A stretch of 64,000 nt of DNA, taken from Candidatus Bathyarchaeota archaeon (GTDB lineage: Archaea > Thermoproteota > Bathyarchaeia > Bathyarchaeales > Bathycorpusculaceae). Below, one piece after another: positions 51,320 to 60,765 of the stretch. The notes under the pieces were generated by a model. The model worked only from the letters and a program-made list of their open reading frames with translations. It did no database searches and was not told the origin of the DNA. Position numbers and translations under genes: made by a program. Where the stretch lies: NCBI GenBank assembly GCA_963739305.1, contig CAVTZU010000017.1:46600-110599 (forward strand), in the 5' to 3' direction. Numbering within the stretch: position 1 is the stretch's first letter; each line of letters starts with the position of its first letter.

Positions 51320-51664
51320 CTACCTGCTCATTATGATGTCAAAAAGCTGCGCAACCTGCAGGCCGACTGGAAGCCCAAGAAGCAGACTCTTCAAACTGAC
51401 CGCGCAATAAGCAGCGGTGTCATCCTCGAAGTTCTTCACCCTAACCAACCAAACACGAAAGCCCTCAATTTCCTCATCAACCGCCGCCTCCAGTCTTCTT
51501 CTAGAATCCACGTCAGCTTTCCCATACTGCTCGCGCCGCGAAGAGATCGTTGCCTGCAAGCTACCTCCGCTGTACTCCTCATAGAGCCTAAAATTCGCGG
51601 GGCGATCGCCACGAGACTCGACTGTATAGGCACCGGTCAAAAATTCCTCAGCTTTCGATTCCAT
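51320..51664 (-). CDS. Hypothetical protein
   Basis: ~114-aa ORF with coding-like composition; no recognised motif. Confidence 0.6.
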   Translation of the reverse strand: MESKAEEFLTGAYTVESRGDRPANFRLYEEYSGGSLQATISSRREQYGKADVDSRRRLEAAVDEEIEGFRVWLVRVKNFEDDTAAYCAVSLKSLLLGLPVGLQVAQLFDIIMSR

Positions 51665-51866
51665 GAACAAGACTTGCCCATGCTTTGGATATCTCGTTTA
51701 TGAAGGCACCGTTCAGATTCAGAATCAACTCAAGCGCGCGCCTGACCCCTCCAAGACATCAGGCCGGACGCGTACTGAACGAGCTTTGTTCCAGTTTACC
51801 CTCTACTGCCAGAAGTTCTTAAATCTCAGGACAACCGTGATAACATACAATCAAAGGAGATGCCAC

Positions 51867-52100
51867 ATGCAGCTCAGTTTCCGTCTTCAATTGGCCGTCA
51901 TCGTAATGACTGCTCTGGCTGGAACAGGCTGCGGTGCAAGCCTTATTCTACTATGGTTTTCATTGGGGGGCGACATGCAGTTCGTAACAATGTCCGCGAT
52001 CTACGTGGCCGTAACAGCCGTAATAACCTTCATAGGCTTATTCATTTTGAGGACCGCAAAAAACGAGCCTGCAGACTCAGACCAACCACAACAAGAATAG
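51867..52100 (+). CDS. Small two-TM membrane protein
   Basis: SD AGGAG, ATG 51867, two hydrophobic helices. Confidence 0.7.
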   Translation: MQLSFRLQLAVIVMTALAGTGCGASLILLWFSLGGDMQFVTMSAIYVAVTAVITFIGLFILRTAKNEPADSDQPQQE

Positions 52101-52303
52101 AAACAGAGAAGCTGGAAGCAGGAAAAAACCTCGCGCGAGATTAAAGAAGAGACACTTAAAGCCTTACCCGATGAATTTTCTTCCATGAAGTCGATGTGGG
52201 GAAACTTACCAACAACTCAGCCGCCGAGTTCACCCAGCAAAACCTAAATGCCGTTCAAGAAGGAGTAAGGTTTTTACCACCTTATCCGTGAACATCCAGT
52301 AAT

Positions 52304-52741
52304 ATGATCAAGTCTAACATCAATTTCACCTATCCATCCCAAGTTCGCTTCGAATGCTCAAGATGCACATTGTGCTGCGGCGACACCGACACCAAGAAGA
52401 GACACATTCTTCTGCTGACAAAAGAAACAGAGAAAATTTCAGGGGCCTCATTGAGGTCACTCGAGACCTTCGCTTGCAGAGTTGTCGGACATGAACCATA
52501 TGCTTATGAAATGAAAAAGGACAAAGAAGGCAAATGCGTCTTTCTCAGTCAGAACAGGTGTATCATTTACGCTGCTAGACCCATCATTTGCAGATGCTAC
52601 CCGTTCGAGTTAAAACCAGGAAAAAATGGAAGTCACGTGTTTTCTTCAACGAGCGAGTGCCCCGGCCTCAGTTCGGGCAAGCATTTGAAAGAGGATTACT
52701 TCAATGAACTGTTTCAACTTGCTCGTGAACGGTTCACCTAG
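52304..52741 (+). CDS. YkgJ family cysteine-cluster protein
   Basis: FECSRCTLCC, CVFL, CIIY.ARP.ICRCYPF, CPG. Confidence 0.9.
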   Translation: MIKSNINFTYPSQVRFECSRCTLCCGDTDTKKRHILLLTKETEKISGASLRSLETFACRVVGHEPYAYEMKKDKEGKCVFLSQNRCIIYAARPIICRCYPFELKPGKNGSHVFSSTSECPGLSSGKHLKEDYFNELFQLARERFT

Positions 52742-52751
52742 AGTTGCCGAA

Positions 52752-53096
52752 TCAATTCTGCGAGGCACGGCTCAGAGATTGAGCCGTATTGAAAGCTGGA
52801 GTCCGTGAACGGTCAGATGCGGGAGGCATATGTGCTGTGATGGGGCGTCGTTGCACGTGTCGGTACCCGCAACCGCATTCGAACCCAACTGTTTGGCCAT
52901 TATGCTTGATCTGCCGCCATTTTTTGAACGCGCAATCAGACCCTTGCTGGTGTATTACCCATAGCTGTCTTGCCTCGGTCGGCGTTATCGGAGCATAGTG
53001 TTTTGCCCTGGTCGAATACCAAGTGGCGTATACTATGAAACAAGCCCACAGGGTTGGCATGATTATCCACAGGTTGGACATGAATATGTCGGACAT
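52752..53096 (-). CDS. Hypothetical membrane-anchored protein with putative Zn-binding motif
   Basis: N-terminal TM segment; H...C...FECGCGY. Confidence 0.65.
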   Translation of the reverse strand: MSDIFMSNLWIIMPTLWACFIVYATWYSTRAKHYAPITPTEARQLWVIHQQGSDCAFKKWRQIKHNGQTVGFECGCGYRHVQRRPITAHMPPASDRSRTPAFNTAQSLSRASQN

Positions 53097-53219
53097 GTTT
53101 TCGCCATGTGTATTTTTGTTCTGCATGCATACAATATGTACGCAAGCGGACATATCAATAAATAGAATATGCTATCTTACGATATAAATGTTTCGGGGCA
53201 TGTTAATTTAACTCATCCG

Positions 53220-53684
53220 CTAGAATTGCTGCAGAACATCCTTCTTCTCAACGATATATCCGCAATAATGGCATTTGAGCAGCAGAGGTTCCTCACTATC
53301 TACATAGAACTTGGGTTTGACGGGCTCGTTACTGTTACTTATACAAGCGGGATTTGCACACTTAATGATGTTGTCGATGGTTTTGGGCAGTTTTACCTCT
53401 TCCTTTCTCACAACCTTATAGTCACGAATAATGTTGATACTGGCATGTGGCGCAATCAAGGCGATCTTGTGCACCTCTTGCGGCTTGAGCTCCCTGCCCT
53501 CTATCTTGACAATGTCTTTACGCTTCAACCGCTTACTGGGCACGTTAATAGCTATAGTTATGGGGCCTTCCTCTTTGCCAGTGATCCCCAAAATCCTGAC
53601 GACATCAAGCGCGTGCCCACTGGTGATATGATCAATCACCGTGCCATTCTTGATTTTTGAAACACGCAATTCGGTTTCAGACAT
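53220..53684 (-). CDS. pyrI: Aspartate carbamoyltransferase regulatory subunit
   Basis: IKNGTVIDHI, KDIVKIEG, CANPACIS, CHYC. Confidence 0.95.
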   Translation of the reverse strand: MSETELRVSKIKNGTVIDHITSGHALDVVRILGITGKEEGPITIAINVPSKRLKRKDIVKIEGRELKPQEVHKIALIAPHASINIIRDYKVVRKEEVKLPKTIDNIIKCANPACISNSNEPVKPKFYVDSEEPLLLKCHYCGYIVEKKDVLQQF

Positions 53685-53815
53685 TCGGAATTCCAACCAA
53701 GACATTTATGCGACGAGCCTAGATAAAAAACTTGACTATCAAATTAGGCATAAGGAGGCGTGAAGGATTACCAAGGCTTATTAGTCTTAAAGCTGGTTTT
53801 TCTTTCGTGATCCAT

Positions 53816-54283
53816 GTGGCAAGAAAGAAAACTTGGACTGAAAAGCTAGAAGATAGCAAGGGCCTTCCAAGAGTTGAGAAGATCAATGACAGGATGAGCA
53901 AAGTGTGGGGTTGCGGAACGATGGTAATCCCTGCGCCAAAAGAAGTTGATGAAATCATGCGGAAAGTGCCGGCGGGAAAAGTGATAACGATCAACGAAAT
54001 CCGTGCAGCATTGGCGAAGATACACAACACGACGATCTGCTGCCCGATCACGACGGGCATTTTTGCTCGCATCGCGGCCGGCGCGGCCGTAGAGCAGCAG
54101 GGCAAGGTTGAGCACATTACACCTTACTGGCGAACACTGAAGAGCGGGGGAGTGATAAACGAGAAGTACCCCGGAGGGATCGAAGGGCAGAAACGGCTTC
54201 TCCAGAAAGAAGGGCACAAGATAGTTCAGAAGGGCAAGAACTCCGTTGTAGTGGAATATGCGCGATCATTGGCAAGAGTGTGA
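53816..54283 (+). CDS. MGMT-family / alkyltransferase-like DNA-binding protein
   Basis: VPAGKVIT, CCPITTG, PYWRTL (no PCHRV catalytic Cys), QKRLLQKEG. Confidence 0.8.
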   Translation: MARKKTWTEKLEDSKGLPRVEKINDRMSKVWGCGTMVIPAPKEVDEIMRKVPAGKVITINEIRAALAKIHNTTICCPITTGIFARIAAGAAVEQQGKVEHITPYWRTLKSGGVINEKYPGGIEGQKRLLQKEGHKIVQKGKNSVVVEYARSLARV

Positions 54284-54320
54284 AAATAACTCTCCAGGAT
54301 TTGTGCAGTAGACTTTTTAG

Positions 54321-55301
<981 letters not shown>

Positions 55302-55321
55302 AAACGACAGCGATACGCGGT

Positions 55322-57532
55322 TCATGTTGCGGCTAATCTATCGAAAAATGTCAGCGTTCCTACGGCGCCACATGAAGGACACTTGCGCAGTAACCCAAAC
55401 CAGCTCTTCCTGCAATTGACGCAGTACGTCATTTTGCGATCGTAAGTCCAGAAGCCTACGCGAGTCTGAATGAGTTGGTCCTTCAAGGTCGCAAGTTCTG
55501 AAGGTTCATGCTTGCTTTCGCCTAGATCTATGACTGTCATGCTTCCTCCGTCTTGAACCTCCGCTATCTTGCTTTCAAAATCCAAATATCCAGATGGGAG
55601 TTTATCCCCCAAGGCTGCGAATCCTTCAAAAGTGGAGTAGAATGGTTTCTCTCGTGTGCCAGATAATTTGACTTTGGCGATTCCGTATCTTTCAATGTCC
55701 GCCTGCGCCAGCCTTTCAGACGCTTGAAAACTTGGCATTACGGCGGGAGATAATTGTCTTCCTCGCCTTCTGCTTATCTTGTGAATGTAAGTGGCGACGT
55801 TTTCAACGAGTTCAGCAGCGAAGTTCGAAGCTTTCTCGTCGGTGACGTTTCTTTCAGTGAAGACTTCTGCCGCTTCTCTTAGTCCGACGAGGTTCACGAT
55901 TCGCGAACAGTTTTCAAGCCTGAAGTATCGATCCCCATCTCCGCCTTGCATGACGAAGGGCAGCAGTTTTTTGCCGTGGTTTTTGAGGGCGCGATATTTG
56001 ATTTCCAACGCGCGGTTGGACATTTCGATTCTTTCTTTCAGAGTTTCGATGAATCTGGTTTTGTCTTTTCCCGATTCGTAGGCAATGCGCGGTACGTTCA
56101 AGGAAACTGTACCCAGACAGCCGGTGCGCAGAGTGTCTGTTTCCCAGTCTCCATTCGGATCTACATCAAGCCTGGAGGCTGTGGAAGAGAATATTGAATA
56201 CTTGCGGTTTTTCTGAGTGACGTTGGCGAAGTAGGGGATGCCTCTTTCCGCGGCTAGAACCATGGATTTCAGAAGCAGCGCTTTTGCTCTTTCGTCAGCA
56301 AAGCTTTCCGCGCGAATGTTCAGTATTATGCTTGGTCTGATGAGAGGTTTGCGTTCGCTCTCCTCGGTGAACAATTCGAGAAGAAGGCTTGCCAGCAGCT
56401 GGGTCTGCTCAGCGAAATCTGAATACGAACCTAGACGTTTCCCGTCGGGTCCGAATGCTGGTTTCTTTGCCAAGAAATCTGGGGTACTTAGCTCTAGACC
56501 CAGGGAAACGTCGACGTGTTGGGCCAGATTTCGGATGAAAAAACGTAGAGCATTCTTTGTTCTTACTGATTCTATGTCGGCGACAAAGGGCGCCAAGAAT
56601 ACGTTGAAGTAGGCGAGTGTCTGTGATTTCTCGACTTCTCTGGCGGTGTGAAGACACACGTTGAAGGTCAGGTCCAACGCGGATTCCAGGTTCTGTGGCG
56701 GAGGGACCAGGGGTTTTATGGGGTCTGTCCTTTCCAGGTCTAGGCCCTTTTCGATGAAGAATCGTAAGTCATGGCTTATTTCGCTGGGCTTTAGGATCCA
56801 AGAGCTTAGGCCGTTGACATGTAGGGCGCCCGACAGGTGTGCGTCTGCAATGTCTCTGGGAAAGATGTTCAGGAGAGCGTATTCTCTGAAGATGGCTCTG
56901 CCAGCCAATTCTTGTATGGATGCTGGCTCGTGAGAACCGCTACTCTTCTTAATATCTAGTAGGCCCATCACGTCGTGTACGGGGATTCCTAAGCGAGTGA
57001 GTTTGTGCCGGTATTCTTCGAAGCCTTTTTCTATCAAGATCGCGTTGACGACTTCTCTTACGAGGGGGGCAGTCAAGTACTTGGTTTTTGAATGAATTAG
57101 TTGTTTTTCCGCTTCTTTGGCCACTTTTTGGGCGAGGTCGACGGGCATCTGCGCCTCTCGGACCAGAGAATTCGCGATTTTGTTTGCGTCAAACTCTTCA
57201 AGGGCAGGGCGGCTTGTGCGGACAAGGGTGCTTTTGGGTTTGAAGGCTTTCTTATCGATTTTGTCTGCGACGTCGATGACCATTTTGCCGAGCTCGGTTA
57301 GCAGATACTTCCTGGCTTCAACGTCGGCTTCGATCAGGTCTGCTTTGAGCAGAAACTTGAGATGGTAGGCAAACCTTCCCGCATCTCGACTCGGGTTCAT
57401 CTTTAGGTTACTCATCAACTCCGTGTATGAAAGTGCGCCCTTGTCAAAGAAGAGGTTTAGGATTTGCAGTCTCAGAGGTGAAGAAACAGCTTTGAGTACT
57501 CTTACCCCGCGAACTCGTTGTGGCGCAGACAA
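55322..57532 (-). CDS. ArsR-like wHTH + ATP-cone + degenerate class III ribonucleotide reductase (NrdD-like) fusion
   Basis: N-terminal HTH (RLQIL..LSYTEL..FAYHLKFL), ATP cone (FDANKIANSL..VREVV), TRLGIPVHDV, AHLSGALHV, SLNVPRIAY, C-terminal CxxC..CPSCG. Confidence 0.85.
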   Translation of the reverse strand: MSAPQRVRGVRVLKAVSSPLRLQILNLFFDKGALSYTELMSNLKMNPSRDAGRFAYHLKFLLKADLIEADVEARKYLLTELGKMVIDVADKIDKKAFKPKSTLVRTSRPALEEFDANKIANSLVREAQMPVDLAQKVAKEAEKQLIHSKTKYLTAPLVREVVNAILIEKGFEEYRHKLTRLGIPVHDVMGLLDIKKSSGSHEPASIQELAGRAIFREYALLNIFPRDIADAHLSGALHVNGLSSWILKPSEISHDLRFFIEKGLDLERTDPIKPLVPPPQNLESALDLTFNVCLHTAREVEKSQTLAYFNVFLAPFVADIESVRTKNALRFFIRNLAQHVDVSLGLELSTPDFLAKKPAFGPDGKRLGSYSDFAEQTQLLASLLLELFTEESERKPLIRPSIILNIRAESFADERAKALLLKSMVLAAERGIPYFANVTQKNRKYSIFSSTASRLDVDPNGDWETDTLRTGCLGTVSLNVPRIAYESGKDKTRFIETLKERIEMSNRALEIKYRALKNHGKKLLPFVMQGGDGDRYFRLENCSRIVNLVGLREAAEVFTERNVTDEKASNFAAELVENVATYIHKISRRRGRQLSPAVMPSFQASERLAQADIERYGIAKVKLSGTREKPFYSTFEGFAALGDKLPSGYLDFESKIAEVQDGGSMTVIDLGESKHEPSELATLKDQLIQTRVGFWTYDRKMTYCVNCRKSWFGLLRKCPSCGAVGTLTFFDRLAAT

Positions 57533-57720
57533 GTTTCTCCGGTTCCCTGAAGCAGTAACCGTAGTATTTGGGTGTCAGGGTTTAAAGGCGTTAGGGAACC
57601 TTGTTCCATACTGCGAGATTTTCAGTCCGATGCGTGGAGTCGCAAAAAAATGCGGAGAAGAGAAAATGTGAATTCCAGTTTCTTGAGTGGCTTTCTTCTT
57701 TCGCCGTATATATTCTTTTT

Positions 57721-58911
57721 TTAGGCTTCGACGAATTCTTTGACTCTTCTCATTCCTTCGATTATGTCGTCTTTTGCGGTTGCGTAGCTGAATCTCACGT
57801 ATTCCTCGGTTTGGCCTAGGTTTTTTCCTCCGAAGTGTATGTCCGCTAAGCAAGCGACTCCTTTGTCGAGGAGCATTTTTCGGAATTCTTCAGCCGACTT
57901 TGCTTTGACTTTCTTGCAGGCTTTGGTGACGTTTGGCCAAACGTAGAATGCTCCGCCTGGGCGCAGGCATCTGATTCCTTCGATGTTGTTGAGTAGTTTC
58001 ACAATGAGGTCTCTTCTTTCTTTGAAGCTTCTGGCCATTTTCTCTGATTCGTCTTGTGGGCCGTTTAGTGCTTCTACGACGGCCCATTGTGTTGGTTGGT
58101 TGGCGCAACTGTCGGTGTTGGTCATCCATCTGGCGAAGTGTGGGGCTAAGGTCTTATTTGCCGCGTAACCCAGTCGCCATCCGGTCATCGCGTAGGCTTT
58201 TGAGGCGCAGTCGACCATGATTGTTCGGTCGAGCATGCCGTCGATTGAAGCGATTGACTGGAATGGTGCGTCGTAGGCCAGGGTTGAGTATACTTCGTCG
58301 GAGTAGACCCAGAAGTCGTGGTCTGTCGCTAGGTCTGCTATTGCTTTGAGTTCTGTTTTCTTTAGTACTCCGCCTGTTGGGTTTTGCGGGGAGTTGATGA
58401 TGAGTAGTTTTGTTTTCTTGGATATTCTTTTTTTGAGGTCTTCTATGTCGAACGCGAATTCTTTCTCTTCTACCAGTGGTAGGGGTACGGGTTTGGCGCC
58501 GTGGGCTGTTATTTGGCTCTGGTAGATTGGGAAGCCAGGGTTTGGATAGATGACTTCGTCGCCTGTTCCATAGTCGGTGGTGCATAGGACGCTCCAGTAG
58601 ATGAAGGGTTTGCCGCCGCAGGCGACTGCTACGTGTTCTGGTTTGACTTCGACTCCTCTTGTTCTGTTGAACATGGCTGCTGCGGCCTGTTGTAGTTCAT
58701 AAATGCCGGCTGAGGGTGTGTACCCGGTTTTTCCTGCTTTTATGGCTTTGATTGCGGCTTGTTTTATGTTTTCTGGGGTGTCGAAGTCTGGTTGGCCTAT
58801 GCAGAAGTTCTTTATGTTTGCTCCTTCTCTGAGTCTTTTGTTTACTTCGGCGAGGACTGTGAAGGCGTTTTCGGTGCCTAGTGCGCCCGTTCTTTTGGAT
58901 ATACTTGTCAT
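57721..58911 (-). CDS. Class I/II PLP-dependent aminotransferase (aspartate aminotransferase-like)
   Basis: IGQPDFDTP, NSPQNPTG, SDEVY, SKAYAMTGWRLGY. Confidence 0.93.
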   Translation of the reverse strand: MTSISKRTGALGTENAFTVLAEVNKRLREGANIKNFCIGQPDFDTPENIKQAAIKAIKAGKTGYTPSAGIYELQQAAAAMFNRTRGVEVKPEHVAVACGGKPFIYWSVLCTTDYGTGDEVIYPNPGFPIYQSQITAHGAKPVPLPLVEEKEFAFDIEDLKKRISKKTKLLIINSPQNPTGGVLKKTELKAIADLATDHDFWVYSDEVYSTLAYDAPFQSIASIDGMLDRTIMVDCASKAYAMTGWRLGYAANKTLAPHFARWMTNTDSCANQPTQWAVVEALNGPQDESEKMARSFKERRDLIVKLLNNIEGIRCLRPGGAFYVWPNVTKACKKVKAKSAEEFRKMLLDKGVACLADIHFGGKNLGQTEEYVRFSYATAKDDIIEGMRRVKEFVEA

Positions 58912-59254
58912 TTTGACACTTCCTCTGCTTTGTGTGTGGATAAGAAGGGATGACTAATAAGCGTTTTTTTGAGATGTGTCGGTTTCTATGTGTTGTTCAG
59001 TCCCTGTTTTATGGGAGGATTTGGTGGGGCTGCCCGTCCCCGAACCCAAAAGGGTTCAGAACCTCTTTCTTTAGAACCTTGCACAGTTTGGTTTTTTCCA
59101 AGTCTATCGCTTGATGTTGCGAGTGCGAGTAGGCGCGCGCGCTAAAGTGCTATCGATAAACCGACTATCTAAATGAACATTGTTAATGTCCACACAACAT
59201 TACAGAAAAAGAGGGAAGAAAGTTAGGACTCTTTATCGTAGCCTACCGCGCGCC

Positions 59255-60544
59255 TCAGCCCAGTCCCGAGGGACTGGAGGTCTGATACTTGTTCCAGATC
59301 CAAACGTTGCCAGTACCTGTCATGTCCCAGTAGAGGTCGAACTGACCGCTATTCTTCACGAGGTTTCCTGCCACGAGGTTGTTGCTCGATCCATCGGTGA
59401 GCGCGATGCCCCACTGCGCACTGTTCTTGATCACATTGGTCGTCACGAGTGTGCCGTCGGCGTGGTCTACCCACACGCCCACGTAGCTCCCAGTAATGGT
59501 ATTACCAATGACCACCGTGTTCAGAGTGCTTTTCGTGTTGTAGTCATACAAGAGGACTGCGCTGGCCCCCTGGCTGACCTGAAGAATCTGGTTGTCCGTG
59601 ATGTATACCGTAGATGGCGTAGTGCCGGACACGAAGGTGTCCTGTCCAGCCACTATACCCCCGAAATCTATCACGTTCGAAATTCGGTTCCCGCAGACAA
59701 TTATCTTGCTGTTGTACGCGTCATAGAAGCCCGTCGACCCGTAGGAGTTGGTGATCGTGTTGTAGCAGACCGTGACCTTTGCGTTGACAAGCTCGCCAAA
59801 CCAGGGCCCAGATTCTTCGGAATTGAACACACTGTTGGTCACCGAAAAACTGCCGGAAATCGGAATCATTTGCGCCAGGGCGTCGGTCCACCCCTCCGGC
59901 AGCAATTGACCCCAGTAGATGATCCCGTTCCACATGTTGAACGTGCTTGGTCCCACGGCGTCCCCTGACGCTCCGAGCACCGTCACGTGGTCAATCGTGG
60001 CAGAGGCTTGCTTCTGGCCGGTAATTTCGATCGCTGCGTAGAGCGAAGTATAGGGTGTGCCCAGAAGGTCCCAGCCCATGGTCGGCGCTGTATACGGATC
60101 GGTGAGCGTCATCCCGGAGATTGCGAACGATCCGCCCACGAAGGTGAATAGGTTCGGCCAAGGATTCTGCGGCCCAGGCAGTCCCGCCCAAAACGGGATT
60201 GTATTAGTGTTGTATTCGGCCGCGGGAGACGGCAAGTTCGGAAGCGCTTGGATGGTGGTCCATTGCTGACCCATCCCGACGAAGCTGCCTTGGAACCCGT
60301 ACACGGTGATCTGCGCTGTGTAGTAGGTTCCCTTTTCCAACTGGACCGTGCATCCTGGACCGTGCGCCACGGCGGCGTCGAACGCGGCTTGGATGTTCGC
60401 GGTGTCGTCATACCCGTTCGTCGGCCAGACAGTGTAGGTTGCGCGTGCGTTTGGTGAAGGATTAGCGTTTACTTTTGGTGCAAGTAGCCCAAACATTGAC
60501 AAGCACAAAATGCCTATAATCACTAGTCCTAGCATTCTATTCAT
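59255..60544 (-). CDS. Secreted right-handed parallel beta-helix (NosD/PbH1-like) protein
   Basis: Signal peptide; DDTANIQAAFD..VQLEKGTY; repeated GN.I..N motifs. Confidence 0.85.
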   Translation of the reverse strand: MNRMLGLVIIGILCLSMFGLLAPKVNANPSPNARATYTVWPTNGYDDTANIQAAFDAAVAHGPGCTVQLEKGTYYTAQITVYGFQGSFVGMGQQWTTIQALPNLPSPAAEYNTNTIPFWAGLPGPQNPWPNLFTFVGGSFAISGMTLTDPYTAPTMGWDLLGTPYTSLYAAIEITGQKQASATIDHVTVLGASGDAVGPSTFNMWNGIIYWGQLLPEGWTDALAQMIPISGSFSVTNSVFNSEESGPWFGELVNAKVTVCYNTITNSYGSTGFYDAYNSKIIVCGNRISNVIDFGGIVAGQDTFVSGTTPSTVYITDNQILQVSQGASAVLLYDYNTKSTLNTVVIGNTITGSYVGVWVDHADGTLVTTNVIKNSAQWGIALTDGSSNNLVAGNLVKNSGQFDLYWDMTGTGNVWIWNKYQTSSPSGLG

Positions 60545-60765
60545 TTTTTCTTTTCTCCCTTAATCAGGTGAATTTATGGTCGTAGCAGAAAAAATAGGTA
60601 GTCATTTTTGCAGGGATAAACAGGCAAAAAAAGGACTGGAAGGCGAAAAGCCAAATTCATCGAAGCCCTGGTTAAGAATTAACAGCGCAAATCATGAAAA
60701 GCGAACAACGAATCTCAAAACTGCCAAATTTTGATCATTGAAGGCTAGATTGACCTTCTTGTTTT

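Noticed and set aside
55322-57532. Functional nrdD call
   Set aside because: Catalytic Cys and glycyl-radical motifs are not visible, so no gene symbol was assigned.
59015-59080. Hairpin GAACCC-AAAA-GGGTTC as an ncRNA or tRNA fragment
   Set aside because: Too short; no cloverleaf or family motif could be supported.
59180-59968. 262-aa ORF on the + strand
   Set aside because: Antisense shadow of the GC-rich beta-helix gene.
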